From: Pseudomonadota bacterium
GTDB lineage: Bacteria > Myxococcota_A > UBA9160 > UBA4427
Direction: 5' to 3'
Length of the DNA: 64,000 bases
Assembly: GCA_022361175.1 (NCBI GenBank)
Contig: JAKSBN010000391.1
Span: 8,457-72,456, forward strand
Shown: piece by piece, positions 36,530-47,391 of the stretch
Position numbering within the stretch: the stretch's first letter is position 1
Layout: each line of letters starts with the position of its first letter
The notes under the pieces: model-generated
What the model was told of the DNA's origin: nothing
The model's input: the letters and a program-made list of their open reading frames with translations, nothing else
Database searches by the model: none
Translations under genes and position numbers: made by a program

Positions 36530-39500
36530 CAGGTGGGGAGATCCCCTTGCTGCTCGACGGAGCGGTCGATCACCTCGCGCATCTTGGCCGCGAGCACGCG
36601 CACGTGGGGCTCGAGCACCATGCTGTCGTGGTCCCCTGTGACCTCGTAGACCTCGACGGGATTCGGCACGTGGAGCCCCCAGAGATTGTCCTCGGCGACC
36701 CACACCCGCTTGTCGTTCAGGTACATGCCGGGGCGCACCTCGTAGGCTTCGTCGAGGCTCGGGCGGAAGAGCACCAGGTGCCCGTCGTAGGCCTCCTCGG
36801 CGTAGTGGACCAACGCCTCGCGGAAGGCCTTCTCGATCTCCGAAGAGCGGAACTCGGCCGGAGACAGGTCCACCGGGGCGGCCACGGGGGCGGGCTGGCG
36901 CCGCTGGCGCTCCCATTCGATGCGGCGGCGCACCCACTCGACCAGGTAGCCGGCGCCCTTGCGCTGCAGCCGGCGCCAGTGGAGCCGCAGCAGGTCGCCG
37001 CGGGTGATGGGGGGCTGCTTCGCCGTCAGGCTGTCCAGCAGGATCACGCAGCCCACGGTCTCCCCTGCGGCGCGCAGCTGCTGCGCCATCTCGAAGGCGG
37101 TGATGCCACCCCCGGAGAAGCCACCCAGGTAGTAGGGGCCCTCGGGCTGGATCTTGCGGAGCTCCTCCAGGTAGTCCCGCGCCATGTCCGGGAAGCGTCG
37201 GTGCGGTTCGTCGTCTCCGAGCAGGCCCTTCGCCTGCACGGCGTAGACCGTCTGGTCCGAGCCCAGGTGCGTGGCCACGTGCCGCAGGTTGAGCACGTTG
37301 CCGAACATGCCCGCCACCAGGATGAAGGGCGGGCGCGAGTCGTCGCCGCGCTGGAGCGGCACCAGGTAGCGGAAGCGTTCGCGCGGCTTGGCGGCCGCGG
37401 CCTCTTCCTGTCCCAACTCGACGCCCAGGTCGTCCCGGATGAGCTCTGCGCAGCGCTCGATCGTGGGCGCGTCGAAGAGCACCGAGAGGCCGTACTCGAG
37501 GTTCCACTTCTTCTTGATCTTGGAGAAGAGCCGCACGGCGATGAGGGAGTGGCCGCCCAGCTCGAAGAAGTCGTCGCGGATGCCCACCTTGTCCAGGCCC
37601 AGGAGCTCCGCCCAGTAGGCCGCCAGGCTGCGCTCCACCTCGTCCCGCGGCTCCAGGTACTCGCTGTCCAGCTCCGGCCGCTCGAAGGCCGAGGCCTCCG
37701 CTTCGCCGCTGGGCCGGCTCGAGCGATAGCGCTCGACCAGGCCCCGCAGCTCGATGGAGGAGACGAAGAGCTGAGGCCAGCGCGTGTCGGCCAGGATCCG
37801 CTCCAGGGCATCCATGCCCTCGTCGGGGCGAATGCCCAGGTCGTACGACTCCTGGAAGACGCGCTCGGCGGCGGAGAGCCGGTGTCCGTCCCCGGCGCCA
37901 CCGTCCGTCTCGCGCGCGCCGGTCTGGCGGTCGGCGGCGAATGCCTGTTCGTCGGTCAGGCGCTTGACGGCGAACCCTTCGACTTCCACCAGCACGCGGC
38001 CGTCTTCGTCCGCGAGCGTGACGTCGAAGGTGGCCACGTCTCGGCTCTCGTCGTTGTCCGCCCGGCCGCGCGCGTGGCTCACGAAGCGCTCCGGCAAGGG
38101 GCCGTGGATGTGCACCCGGTCGTAGCCGATCGGCGCGTACAGCTGCCGCCCCGTGTAGCCGGGGATCAGCGGCGAAGCGAAGCCCGTCGCGATGTCCAAC
38201 AGCGCGGGGTGCAGGGGATGGCTCGCGAGATCGGCCCGGGCCTGCTCGCCCGCCTCGATCTCCGCCAGGGCCTCGCCGCGGCCGAAGCGCAGCACGCGGG
38301 CGCACTCCCAGCGCGGACCGAACCGCAGGTGGGCCTCCTGCGACGTGCGCACGGTGGCCCCCGCCTCGGCCTCTTGCACCTCCGGACAGCGCGCCCGGAT
38401 CGCGTCGACGTCGAGCGCCGTGGGCGCCGCCGCCGTCGTCTTGGCCACCGAGCCCTGGGCGTGGAGCTGCCATTCGCGCTCGCCCGCCAGGCGACTTTCG
38501 ACTTCGAAGTCGTGCCCCGTTGCGTCGGGCGAGAGCAGGACCCGCATTTCCACCGTCTCGCCGTCCGGGACCGCCAGGGGCGCGACGAAGAGCGCATTGC
38601 GGATCTCGACGTCCCCGGTGTCCTCGATCTCCGCCAAGGCGCCGTGTGCCAGGGCGAGATAGCCGGTTCCCGGAATCAGCGCGTGTCCGGCACCGGTCCG
38701 GTGCTCGTCCAGAATCCAGCGCGACCGGCTCTCCAGCTCGGTCGAGAACACGATCTCCTCGCCCGCGTCGAGCAGCTGCGTGTCCAGCAGCGGGTGGGCG
38801 GCGGGGCGTCCCAAGCCCTGGTCTCCCGCCAGGCGCCGATGGGTCTCGACGGCGAGGCCCACGTCCCGCCAGACGCCCCAGTCGATGGCCACCACGCGGG
38901 GGCCGGTCTGGGTGTCGCAGTGCTGGGCAAAGGCGTTCAGGAAGGTGCTGGCGGCGACATAGTCGACCTGGCCCGCCGCGCCCAGCTTGCTGCTGGTCGA
39001 GGAGAAGAGGGCGAAGAAGTCCAGCTCCTCGCCCTGGAGCAGGTCGTGGAGCAGCAGGGTGCCGTGGACCTTGGGCGCGAACACCCCTTCGATCGAGGCT
39101 TGCGTCTTGGCTTGGATCGGCCCGTCGTCCAGCGCGCCCGCGGCGTGGAACACGCCGTTCAGTTGGCCGAAGCGCTCCTTCACCGCGGCCAGGGCCTCGC
39201 GCATGGACACCACGTTGGCCACGTCGCCGGCGAGCACCAGGATCTCCGCGCCGAGCGACTCCAGCTCGAGGAGCTGCTTGAGCTTGCGCGCCGTGGCGTC
39301 GTTGGAGCCGTGGGACGCCAGCCAGGCTTCCCAGTCGGCCCGCGGCGGCAGCGGCGTGCGGGAGAGCAGCGCGAGTCGCGCGCGGCAGCGGGACGCCAGG
39401 TGGCGCGCCACCAGGAGTCCGAGGCCGCCCAAGCCCCCCGTCACCAGGTAGGCGCCCCGGTCGCGCAGGGGCGTGGCCTCGGAGTCCGGTGCCGCCAGGG

Positions 39501-42500
39501 GGGCCGGCTCGAAGTCCTCGATCCAGCGCTTGCCTTCGCGATACGCGACGGCGGCGTCGCTGTGCGCGGGGTCGGCGTCGAGGGCGATCTGGGCCGCCAG
39601 CGCGGCGGCCGACGCGTCGTTGGCCGGCAGCTCGACGTCGATGCTCTGCGCGGTGATGCCGGGCAGCTCCAGCGGCATGACCCGGAGCGGTCCCAGTACG
39701 GTGGCCTTCTCGGGATCGCGCAGGGGCTCGGAGCCGACGCGCTGCATCCCGTTGGAGACGACGGTCAAGTGGATCGCCCGCTCCACGTCCTCCCCGCCCA
39801 GGGCCTGGGCCAGACACAGCAGGCTGTAGAAGCCGTGCTCCTGGGCGCGGTGGAAGAAGCTCGAGCCGGGGCGCGCGCTGCGGTCCCGGGTGACCAGCCA
39901 GAAGTGGGCGATGCGATCGGGAAGCAGGTCCTCCTGGGCCAGCTCTTGGAAGAGCTCCGCGTAGCCCTCCAGGCCCGCTTCGGGCGACAGCGCGTAGTCG
40001 CAGTCGCCGAGCTTGTAGAACGCATCCCCCTCGCGGATGCGCACCACGCGGTGGCCCTGGGCCTCCACGTGCGCCACGAAGTGTCCGGCCAGGCCGTCCG
40101 CGTCGGCGAACACCAGCCACGTGGGAAGCGCGTCCGCGCCAGTTGCGGGCGTGTCGGTCGTGGGCAGCTCCTGGCGCCGCCAGACCGGTCGTTGGAACCA
40201 GTCGGCGATGGACTCGTGCCGCACCAGCGCCGCCTCGGCTTCCGTCGTCGCCCCAGGCGCCGAACGTCCCTCGATCCAGTAGCGCTGGCGCTCGAAGGGA
40301 TAGGTGGGCAGGGAGACCCGCCGGCGGACCTCGTCCGGACCCCGGAGGCGCGACCAATCGACGTCCACGCCGACGGCCCACGCCCGCGCGAAGGTCTGCC
40401 GCACGAAGCGGTCGTCGGGGACGTCGTCGTCGGGGTGCCGGAGCGAAGCCAGGGCCGCGCGCGGTCGCACCGGCTGTTGGCGGGCCAGGGAGCTCAGGGT
40501 CTGACCGGGCCCGACTTCCAGCAGCACGCGCTCCGCATCCGCCAGCAGCGTCTGGAGCCCGTCGGAGAACCGCACCGTCTCGCGCAGGTGCCGCACCCAG
40601 TAGTCGGGCTGGGTCACTTCCTCTGCGGCGGCCCAGGTCCCCGTGAGATTGGAGACGTACGGGCGCTGCGGCTCGGACAGCTCGATCTTCTCCACACCGC
40701 TTCGGAACTCGGGCAGGATCGGGTCGAGCAGCCGCGAGTGACCGGCTGCGGGCACGCGGAGTTCCCGCGCTTCCACGTCGTCGTCGGCCAGTTCCTTCGC
40801 CAGGGCCTCGATCGCGCCCACCGGGCCGGACACCACGCAGAACTCGGGGCCGTTGACCGCCGCGAGATCGAGATCGCTCGACATGCGTCGGCGCACCTCG
40901 TCCTCCGGCAAGGGCACGCTCAGCATGCGGCCGCCGGCACCGCCGCGCCCGACCGAATCCACCAGTTTGCCGCGCAGCGCGACCAGCGAGAGCGCATCGC
41001 CCAGGCTCATGACGCCGCACAGACACGCAGCGGTGTATTCTCCCAGGCTGTGGCCGGTCATGGCGACGGGCTCGATGCCCCACGACAGCCAGAGCTGGGC
41101 CAGGGCGTACTCGGTGGCGAAGATCGCCGGCAGGCTGTTCGCCGTGAGTGCCAAGCGTTCGCGGCCGCCTTCGCCCGAGCCGGCCTCGGGATACATGAGC
41201 GAGCGCAGGTCGTCTTCCACGTGCGGCGCCAGCAGCCGGAAGCACTCGTCCATGGCCGCGCGGAAGATCGGCTCGGTCTCGTACAGGCCCCGTCCCATGT
41301 CGACGTACTGGGCTCCGCCGCCCGGGAACATGAACACGACGGGAGCGGCGCGTTCGCCCGCGCGGCCCGAGAAGAGCCGCTTCGAGTCGGCGGCGGCCAG
41401 CTCGCGGGCGGCTTCTTCGGCGTCTCGCGCCACCAGCACGCGGCGGTGTTCGAAGCCTTCGCGGCCCACCTGAAGGGTGTGGGTGACGTCGGCGAAGGCG
41501 CGGGTCGACTCGCCGAGGAAGGCGGAGAGATTCTCGACGGCGCGGTCCGCCGCCGCCCCGGTCTTGGCCGAGACGGGAACGATCTGCCAGGGGCCCGACG
41601 GCGCCGCCGACTCTCGGGGCGGCGCCTCCTCCAGGACGACGTGGGCGTTGGTCCCGCCGACGCCCAACGAGCTCACCCCCGCCCGGCGCACCCCGGCCTC
41701 CGGCACCCAATCTCGGGCCTCGGTGTTGACCGCGAAGGGGCTCGCCTCGAAGTCGATGGCGGGATTGGGGCGCGAGTAGTTGATGCTCGGCGGCAGGCGC
41801 CGGTGCTTCAGCATCTCGACGACCTTGATGAAGCTGGCCACGCCGGCCGCGGTGTCGGTGTGCCCGATGTTGGGCTTGTTGGAGCCGATGCCGCAGAAGC
41901 CCGTCCGGTCCGTGCTGGCCCGGTAGGCCTGGGTGAGAGCCGCGACCTCGATGGGATCGCCGACGGCGGTGCCCGTCCCGTGGGTCTCGACCCAGGAGAT
42001 CGACTCGGCCGGGACGTCGGCCACCGCCAGCGCCTCGGCCACCACCTCGGCCTGGCCGTCGACGCTGGGCGCCAGGTAGCCGACCTTGCGCGAGCCGTCG
42101 TTGTTGATGGCCGAGCCCTTCACGATCGCGTGGATCTCGTCGCCGTCCTCCAAGGCGTCCGCCAGCCGCCGGAGCACCACGACGCCGACCCCGCTGGTGA
42201 GGACCGTGCCCGCGGCGCGCGCGTCGAAGGCCCGGCAGTGGCCATCGGGCGCGAGCACTTCGTTCTCGCGATAGAGATAGCCCTGGCCGTGGGGCACCTC
42301 GATGGTGGCGCCGCCCGCGAGGGCCATGTCGCACTCGCCGTTCAGCAGGCTCTGGCCCGCCATGTGGATGGCCACCAGCGAGGTGGAGCAGGCGGTTTGG
42401 ACCGCGACGCTCGGGCCCTTCAAGTCGAGCTTGTACGAGAGCGTCGTGGGCAGGAAGTCGCGATCGTTGCCCGTGTGCCGCAGCAGGAAGAGGCCGGTGG

Positions 42501-42942
42501 AGTCGACCACCTCCGGATTCCCCAGCACGTTGAACATGAAGTAGGAGTTCATGCCGCAGCCGGCGAAGACTCCCACGGACCCCTCGAACGCGCTGGGCGG
42601 ATGCCCGGCGACCTCCAGGGCTTCCCACGCCACTTCCAAGAAGTGCCGGTGCTGCGGATCGAGAATCGCGGCGTCCTTGGGACCGAACCCGAAGAAGCCC
42701 GCGTCGAACAGGGCGACGTCGTCGAGCGGTCCGCCGGCCTTGACGTAGCTGCCGTGCTCCAAAAGCTTGGGGTCCACGCCCGCGTCGCGCAGCTCGTCGT
42801 CGGAGTAGCGCTTCACGCACTCCACGCCGTCGGCCAGGTTGCGCCAGAAGCGGGCCACGTCGGGCGATCCGGCGAAGCGGCAGGAGAGCCCCACCACCGC
42901 GATGTCGGAATCGGAAACTTCGAAGTCGTCGCGTTCGCTCAT
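36529..42942 (-). CDS. single-module type I polyketide synthase, KS-AT-KR-DH-PCP-TE
   Basis: Approximate nt spans follow. KS 41623-42903 (TACSTS, ETHGTGT, NIGHT). AT 40453-41340 (GHSLGE). KR structural plus catalytic halves 38863-40125 ([16 protein letters not shown]). DH 37957-38805 ([32 protein letters not shown]). Carrier 37423-37650 (FFELGGHSL). TE 36568-37371 (GFSGG, GDHDSM). Confidence 0.95.
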   Translation of the reverse strand: MSERDDFEVSDSDIAVVGLSCRFAGSPDVARFWRNLADGVECVKRYSDDELRDAGVDPKLLEHGSYVKAGGPLDDVALFDAGFFGFGPKDAAILDPQHRHFLEVAWEALEVAGHPPSAFEGSVGVFAGCGMNSYFMFNVLGNPEVVDSTGLFLLRHTGNDRDFLPTTLSYKLDLKGPSVAVQTACSTSLVAIHMAGQSLLNGECDMALAGGATIEVPHGQGYLYRENEVLAPDGHCRAFDARAAGTVLTSGVGVVVLRRLADALEDGDEIHAIVKGSAINNDGSRKVGYLAPSVDGQAEVVAEALAVADVPAESISWVETHGTGTAVGDPIEVAALTQAYRASTDRTGFCGIGSNKPNIGHTDTAAGVASFIKVVEMLKHRRLPPSINYSRPNPAIDFEASPFAVNTEARDWVPEAGVRRAGVSSLGVGGTNAHVVLEEAPPRESAAPSGPWQIVPVSAKTGAAADRAVENLSAFLGESTRAFADVTHTLQVGREGFEHRRVLVARDAEEAARELAAADSKRLFSGRAGERAAPVVFMFPGGGAQYVDMGRGLYETEPIFRAAMDECFRLLAPHVEDDLRSLMYPEAGSGEGGRERLALTANSLPAIFATEYALAQLWLSWGIEPVAMTGHSLGEYTAACLCGVMSLGDALSLVALRGKLVDSVGRGGAGGRMLSVPLPEDEVRRRMSSDLDLAAVNGPEFCVVSGPVGAIEALAKELADDDVEARELRVPAAGHSRLLDPILPEFRSGVEKIELSEPQRPYVSNLTGTWAAAEEVTQPDYWVRHLRETVRFSDGLQTLLADAERVLLEVGPGQTLSSLARQQPVRPRAALASLRHPDDDVPDDRFVRQTFARAWAVGVDVDWSRLRGPDEVRRRVSLPTYPFERQRYWIEGRSAPGATTEAEAALVRHESIADWFQRPVWRRQELPTTDTPATGADALPTWLVFADADGLAGHFVAHVEAQGHRVVRIREGDAFYKLGDCDYALSPEAGLEGYAELFQELAQEDLLPDRIAHFWLVTRDRSARPGSSFFHRAQEHGFYSLLCLAQALGGEDVERAIHLTVVSNGMQRVGSEPLRDPEKATVLGPLRVMPLELPGITAQSIDVELPANDASAAALAAQIALDADPAHSDAAVAYREGKRWIEDFEPAPLAAPDSEATPLRDRGAYLVTGGLGGLGLLVARHLASRCRARLALLSRTPLPPRADWEAWLASHGSNDATARKLKQLLELESLGAEILVLAGDVANVVSMREALAAVKERFGQLNGVFHAAGALDDGPIQAKTQASIEGVFAPKVHGTLLLHDLLQGEELDFFALFSSTSSKLGAAGQVDYVAASTFLNAFAQHCDTQTGPRVVAIDWGVWRDVGLAVETHRRLAGDQGLGRPAAHPLLDTQLLDAGEEIVFSTELESRSRWILDEHRTGAGHALIPGTGYLALAHGALAEIEDTGDVEIRNALFVAPLAVPDGETVEMRVLLSPDATGHDFEVESRLAGEREWQLHAQGSVAKTTAAAPTALDVDAIRARCPEVQEAEAGATVRTSQEAHLRFGPRWECARVLRFGRGEALAEIEAGEQARADLASHPLHPALLDIATGFASPLIPGYTGRQLYAPIGYDRVHIHGPLPERFVSHARGRADNDESRDVATFDVTLADEDGRVLVEVEGFAVKRLTDEQAFAADRQTGARETDGGAGDGHRLSAAERVFQESYDLGIRPDEGMDALERILADTRWPQLFVSSIELRGLVERYRSSRPSGEAEASAFERPELDSEYLEPRDEVERSLAAYWAELLGLDKVGIRDDFFELGGHSLIAVRLFSKIKKKWNLEYGLSVLFDAPTIERCAELIRDDLGVELGQEEAAAAKPRERFRYLVPLQRGDDSRPPFILVAGMFGNVLNLRHVATHLGSDQTVYAVQAKGLLGDDEPHRRFPDMARDYLEELRKIQPEGPYYLGGFSGGGITAFEMAQQLRAAGETVGCVILLDSLTAKQPPITRGDLLRLHWRRLQRKGAGYLVEWVRRRIEWERQRRQPAPVAAPVDLSPAEFRSSEIEKAFREALVHYAEEAYDGHLVLFRPSLDEAYEVRPGMYLNDKRVWVAEDNLWGLHVPNPVEVYEVTGDHDSMVLEPHVRVLAAKMREVIDRSVEQQGDLPT

Positions 42943-43817
42943 GACCCGCCCGCCGGCTGCTCCCGGCTCGAGTGTCGTTCACCCCGTGGGTGGCCCGTCG
43001 AGGGAAAAGGGTGACATTCGCTCCCAAAACCCCTTGGGAAGCCACCCAGATCGCTCCGGGCGCCCGTTTCGGCGACCCAAACGCCGAGGGCCGCCACCAG
43101 CAGCCAGGGCACGTGGGTCAACAGACCCCGCGCCAGTGCTTCGGAGCCCGACGCCAACACCGCGGCTGCCAGCGTGACCGCCAGCGCCTGGGCGGGCAGG
43201 GCGCAGGCCGCCCAAACCGCGGCGCGCCGGCCCGCCTCGGTCAAACGGGCCCCCCGCCGCAGCGAGGCGTACCAGCCGAGACCCGCCGCCAGACAGACCA
43301 GCGAGAGACCTCCGTCGGGCGCCTCCAGCACCAGGCGTGCCGCGTCCGTCTCGAGGAAGGTCCAGGGATAGGCGGTGACCACCGAGAGGGTCGCACCGAG
43401 CGGCTCGAGCAGCAGCCGCGCGACGTGGGCGTGGAGCGTCTCGAGCCAGGGGCTCTGCATCCGCGCCAACTGGCTCGGCAGGGGAATCAGGAAGAGGGCC
43501 AGGATCCAGGTGCCGGCTCTCCCGCGTCCGGTCCAGCGGGCGAGCCCGAACGCCGACAGCCAGACCCACGGCCGAGCCAAGCGCGTCATGCCGGCGCCCA
43601 GGAACACCAGCTCCATGGCGATGCCGAGCCCCAACCACCAGAGACCGTCCCGCGCCGGGGGCCCGGGCGCTCCGTCCCGCCGCAGCTGCAACCACAACAG
43701 CGGGGCGAAGAGCAGGGCGTAGCGGGCCGGAGGGTGTTGGAGCTGGTGGACCAGGAGATCGACGACCACCGGGGAGGCCGCAACGGCCCAGGCGAGCCAG
43801 AGCAGCCGCGCCGACAT
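42939..43817 (-). CDS. polytopic membrane protein, divergent exosortase/EpsH-like
   Basis: About 8 TM helices and 292 aa. It occupies the EpsH position directly after the chain-length determinant and kinase-like genes. One Cys in a TM context (LSLVCLAAGLGW) and a late His (LLTHVPWLL). The canonical CSG and N..R signatures are not seen. Confidence 0.4.
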   Translation of the reverse strand: MSARLLWLAWAVAASPVVVDLLVHQLQHPPARYALLFAPLLWLQLRRDGAPGPPARDGLWWLGLGIAMELVFLGAGMTRLARPWVWLSAFGLARWTGRGRAGTWILALFLIPLPSQLARMQSPWLETLHAHVARLLLEPLGATLSVVTAYPWTFLETDAARLVLEAPDGGLSLVCLAAGLGWYASLRRGARLTEAGRRAAVWAACALPAQALAVTLAAAVLASGSEALARGLLTHVPWLLVAALGVWVAETGARSDLGGFPRGFGSECHPFPSTGHPRGERHSSREQPAGGS

Positions 43818-45230
43818 CTAGGCGATGCGCGAGACGGAGCCCAACACCGGAGCTCCGCTCTTGGTTTCGAGCTGATCGCCGGCCACCAACACCGGGTCCA
43901 GGAGCTCGAACAGCACCCCGAGCCCGCCGCAGAGACCGGCCGCCGCGACGAGCCCCATGGCCAACAGCTTCCAGCGCGAGTTCATGGGGCGCGTCGGGGG
44001 CCGGGCCGAGTCCATCACGCTGACCTGGGCGCCTTCCTGGGCGCTCTCGATGCTGACGGCGAGCTCGGCGTCTTTCGACTTGCGGAGGAACTCCAGGTAG
44101 CTCTCGCGCAGCACGCTCGCCTTTTCCTCCAGGGTCGCCAGCTCCTCCTGGCGTCGGGGGACCCGCGCGACCCGGGCGTCCAGCTCGGCCAGCTCCGTCT
44201 CGGTGTCGGTCAGCTGCTGGTGGAGCCGCTCCAGGGAGAAGCGCACCTCGCGCAGCAGCAGCGTGCGCGTGCTGGAGGTCGCGGGATTGTCCGCGGAGGC
44301 CGCCAGTTCCGCCTCGACGACCGCGATCCGGCGCTTCAGCGACAGCACCTGCGGGTGTTCGTCCGTGTAGATCGCAGCCGTTCGGTCGAGCTCGGTGCGG
44401 AGCTGGGCGAGCCGCGATTCGACGGAGCCGGGCTCCTGGTCGCTGGCCGCGATCATCGCCATGCGGCTTTCCGCTTCGACGATCTGATCCGACAGGGACT
44501 GCCGCTGGGCCTGCAGCCGCTCGAGCTTGCTCATCAGAGTGGGGAGCTCGGAGGGCAGCTCGCCCCGATAGCGCTCCTGAAACTCCGTGATGAGCTGGGT
44601 CTGCTCGCGCAGGGCCGCTTCGGCGCGTTCCAGCTCCTGGTTCACGAAGCGCGCGATGCGCTGCGCCTGCTCGTTCCGGGCGCGGACGCTGGCGTCGGTA
44701 AAGAAGCCCGTCAGTCGGTTCACCACCCGGGCGGCGGTTTCCGGCTCGCCGTAGGTGAACGTCACCACGAACACCTTGGACGTGGAGCCGTCACGCCGCC
44801 GGCGCCGCGGATCGGAGCCGATCTGGTCCACGACTTCGAAGCCGATCGAGCCCCGGAGCCACATCACCAATTCCCGGGCAGGTCGCTTGTCCCGCTCCTC
44901 GGGGTACAGCTGAAACTCCTCGAGGATCTCGAACAGCCGATCGCGGGAGAGCACCTCTCCCACCATGGCGTTCAGCTGCTCCAGGGGATCTTCCTGCACG
45001 GTGGAGCGGATCATCTCGTCCGGGATCTTGGCGTTGCTGACCAGGATCGAAGCCCGCGCTTGGTACGTGGGCTGGTAGAGGAGCACCGCGGCGGCGGTTC
45101 CCCCCAGCCCCACCAGCAGCCCCAGCAGCATCCACGGCCAGCGGCGCATGGGAATGCCCAGCGGGTCGCGCGCGAAGTCGGGCAGACCGCCGCCGTCCTG
45201 GAGATCCAGATCGTCGTCGTCGTAGGCCAT
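43818..45230 (-). CDS. polysaccharide chain-length determinant / co-polymerase (Wzz, GumC/EpsF-like)
   Basis: N-terminal TM (WMLLGLLVGLGG), a long coiled-coil periplasmic region, and a C-terminal TM (WKLLAMGLVAAAGLCGGLGVLF). ATG at 45230 checked in frame. Confidence 0.8.
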   Translation of the reverse strand: MAYDDDDLDLQDGGGLPDFARDPLGIPMRRWPWMLLGLLVGLGGTAAAVLLYQPTYQARASILVSNAKIPDEMIRSTVQEDPLEQLNAMVGEVLSRDRLFEILEEFQLYPEERDKRPARELVMWLRGSIGFEVVDQIGSDPRRRRRDGSTSKVFVVTFTYGEPETAARVVNRLTGFFTDASVRARNEQAQRIARFVNQELERAEAALREQTQLITEFQERYRGELPSELPTLMSKLERLQAQRQSLSDQIVEAESRMAMIAASDQEPGSVESRLAQLRTELDRTAAIYTDEHPQVLSLKRRIAVVEAELAASADNPATSSTRTLLLREVRFSLERLHQQLTDTETELAELDARVARVPRRQEELATLEEKASVLRESYLEFLRKSKDAELAVSIESAQEGAQVSVMDSARPPTRPMNSRWKLLAMGLVAAAGLCGGLGVLFELLDPVLVAGDQLETKSGAPVLGSVSRIA

Positions 45231-45232
45231 GT

Positions 45233-46171
45233 TCAGGCCTCTCGCGTGTCGCGCGGTGTTTCGTCCGAGTAGTACCCGTACCGCGCACGGTGACGCGAAC
45301 CCGGCGCGTCGTTCAGAAAACTGCCGAGCAGGACTCCGGGAGGCAGGGTCTCGACCATGTCCCGAAACGCCCCGCAGCGCGAGTGACGCGCGCGGGCGAC
45401 TGCGATGCAGGAGCGTACGTGGGGGAGCAGGATCTCCGTGTCCGGCACCAGCAGCAGCGGCGCCGAGTCGATCACCACCAGGTCGTAGCGGCTTTCCAGC
45501 TGGCGCAGCAGCTCGGGAAGCTCGGCGCGACAGAGCAGCTCGCTGGCCTGACTCTCGGGGCGGCCCACGGGAAAGATGTCGAGGCCCGGAACGTCCGTCC
45601 GGACGCCGGCTTCCTCCAGCGGGATCTGCCCCCGGAGCACCTGCTCGACCCCCGCCTCCAGGTGCGCGCCGAGATAGCGGCCGACCGAGGGGCGGCGCAG
45701 GTCCAGGTCCACCAAGGCGACGCGGCTCTCGCCGCCGAGCGCGGTCAGGGTCAGCGCCAGGTTGCAGCTGGTGGTGGTCTTGCCCTCGAGGCGGACGGCG
45801 CTCACCAGCAGGACGCTCTTCGCTTGCCGCTGGGCGAGCGTGCGCCGGACGTGGATGGCGAATTGGCGATAGGCCTCCGCAGCGGCCGACTTGGGCTCGA
45901 TCAAGGCCAGGCGCGCCGGCCACGCCCCGTCCTTGTGCCGCGAGAGGTGGATGCGGTGCGCGAGCTCGCCGCCGGCGGCAATCGACGGGACCGGTTCGGG
46001 CGCCGGGGCCGCGGCGGCGGTGCGCGGAAGCGTGGGTGCAGACGCCGCCCGGCCGGCCGGCGCCTCCACGGGCTCGGGCTGCGGGAAGGGGCCGTCGGCG
46101 CGCGTCCGCTGCGAACGCTCCTCGCGACGCTCTTCGCGAGCGCGCTTGAGGGCCTCTGCGATCTCGCCCAC
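45233..46171 (-). CDS. BY-kinase-like P-loop ATPase (CpsD/EpsG-like)
   Basis: Walker A LEGKTTTSCNLA, Walker A'/B VALVDLDLRRP and LVVIDSAP, short Tyr-containing tail RYGYYSDE. GTG start is adjacent to the upstream stop. Confidence 0.75.
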   Translation of the reverse strand: MGEIAEALKRAREERREERSQRTRADGPFPQPEPVEAPAGRAASAPTLPRTAAAAPAPEPVPSIAAGGELAHRIHLSRHKDGAWPARLALIEPKSAAAEAYRQFAIHVRRTLAQRQAKSVLLVSAVRLEGKTTTSCNLALTLTALGGESRVALVDLDLRRPSVGRYLGAHLEAGVEQVLRGQIPLEEAGVRTDVPGLDIFPVGRPESQASELLCRAELPELLRQLESRYDLVVIDSAPLLLVPDTEILLPHVRSCIAVARARHSRCGAFRDMVETLPPGVLLGSFLNDAPGSRHRARYGYYSDETPRDTREA

Positions 46172-47023
46172 CTAGCCCTCCACTCGGCTCAGCTGGTCGC
46201 GCAGGCTGGCGCCGCGCGACGCGTTCATGGACTTGGCCTTCTGCTCGACCGTGCTCACCGGGATCGGCCGTACTTCCTGGGAGTACGCCGCCAGGAGCAC
46301 GCGGTCGGCCAGCAGGCTGAGCAGGCGCGGACAGCCGGCGCTGAAGGAATAGAAGACCGACTCCGCCCCCGGCGCGAAGATGTCCTCGTAGCGCCCGCCC
46401 GCCACGTGCAGCCGGTGCGCCAGGTAGTCGCCCACGTCGCCGGGTGCCAGCGACTCCATGTGATGCTCCACGGCGATGCGCTGGCGCAGCTGGCGCAGCG
46501 AGGGCTGGGCGAGCATGTGCAGGAGCTCGGGCTGGCCCACCAGGACGATCTGCATCAGCTTCTCGGTGTCGGTTTCCAGGTTCGAGAGCAGCCGCACTTC
46601 CTCGAGCGTCTCGGGCGACAGGTTCTGCGCCTCGTCGATGATCAGCACCGTGTTCCGTCCCGCGCGCAGGCGGTCGAGCAGCACCTTGTTGAGCGCGATG
46701 ACGTAGTCCGCCTTCGACTCGAAGTTCCCCTCGATCCGGAATTCGGCGGCGATCAGTTTCAGGAGGTCGATGGCGGTCAGGTTGCCGGTGTTGAGGACCA
46801 GCGCGACATCGGTATCGGGCGAGAGTTGGTCCAGGGCGGCGCGCAACAGGGTCGTCTTCCCCGTGCCCACCTCACCGGTCAGCAGCAGGAAGCCCTTGCG
46901 GCGGGAAATGCCGTAGACGAGCGCTGCCAAGCCTTCCTGGTGGGTGTCGGACAGCCACAGGAAGCGGGGATCCGGGGTCAGCGCGAACGCCGGCTCGCGT
47001 AGGCCGAAGAATGCCTCGTACAT
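46172..47023 (-). CDS. ExeA/GspA-like AAA ATPase (PEP-CTERM-locus secretion ATPase-like)
   Basis: MYEAFFGLREPAF start, Walker A TGEVGTGKTT, Walker B VLIIDEAQNL, and LVGQPEL. Confidence 0.8.
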   Translation of the reverse strand: MYEAFFGLREPAFALTPDPRFLWLSDTHQEGLAALVYGISRRKGFLLLTGEVGTGKTTLLRAALDQLSPDTDVALVLNTGNLTAIDLLKLIAAEFRIEGNFESKADYVIALNKVLLDRLRAGRNTVLIIDEAQNLSPETLEEVRLLSNLETDTEKLMQIVLVGQPELLHMLAQPSLRQLRQRIAVEHHMESLAPGDVGDYLAHRLHVAGGRYEDIFAPGAESVFYSFSAGCPRLLSLLADRVLLAAYSQEVRPIPVSTVEQKAKSMNASRGASLRDQLSRVEG

Positions 47024-47375
47024 GAGCGACCTTGTGGGAACTCCCAGTAGAAGATCATACGCCAGTCCGATGGCGCCCCCCGGCGCCAGACGACCCAGCT
47101 CGAGATTCCGGTAGCAGGGATCGTGCCGCTCCCCCAAGGGGAGAGCCTTCTCTGAATCTTACGCAGAAACCGCCTTGGTGGGTGTCCCCCCCGCATGTTA
47201 TGGGTACGGAAGTCGGGGAACTCCGCAGGGATTTCGCTCGTCTGCCAGCCCGCTCCGCTATGCAAAACCCTGCACCCCCTGGCGGTAGAGGGTATCCGAT
47301 TGCTCACATTGCCCGTTCCGCGTCGAGGAAAACGGCCTCTCCAGTGGGATTGGGGTTTTTCCCCGAGCAGCGGAC

Positions 47376-47391
47376 CGGCATGTGCCTTGCA
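47376..47391 (+). promoter_or_regulatory. candidate sigma-54 (-24/-12) promoter cGGCATgtgccTTGCa
   Basis: GG at 47377-78 and GC at 47389-90 have the exact 10-nt spacing of the TGGCACG-N4-TTGCW consensus. It faces the sugar transferase gene 219 nt downstream. Confidence 0.45.

Noticed and set aside
36547-43014. 2155-aa ORF on the plus strand, antisense to the PKS
   Set aside because: It has no recognisable domain, and an Arg/Gly/Ala/Val-dominated composition typical of antisense frames in high-GC DNA. The opposite strand encodes an unmistakable PKS.
36530-43045. N-terminal roughly 2170 codons of the 2493-aa minus-strand ORF 35564..43045
   Set aside because: It is an alternative frame of the PKS gene, extremely Arg/Pro/Gly-rich and without motifs. 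Only its last 321 codons (35564..36529) form a genuine GT2, starting at an ATG coupled to the PKS stop.
47261-47276. Second sigma-54-like element on the minus strand (GGTGCAGGGTTTTGCA) facing the ATPase operon
   Set aside because: The GG to GC spacing is 11 nt rather than the invariant 10, and the -24 region is poor.
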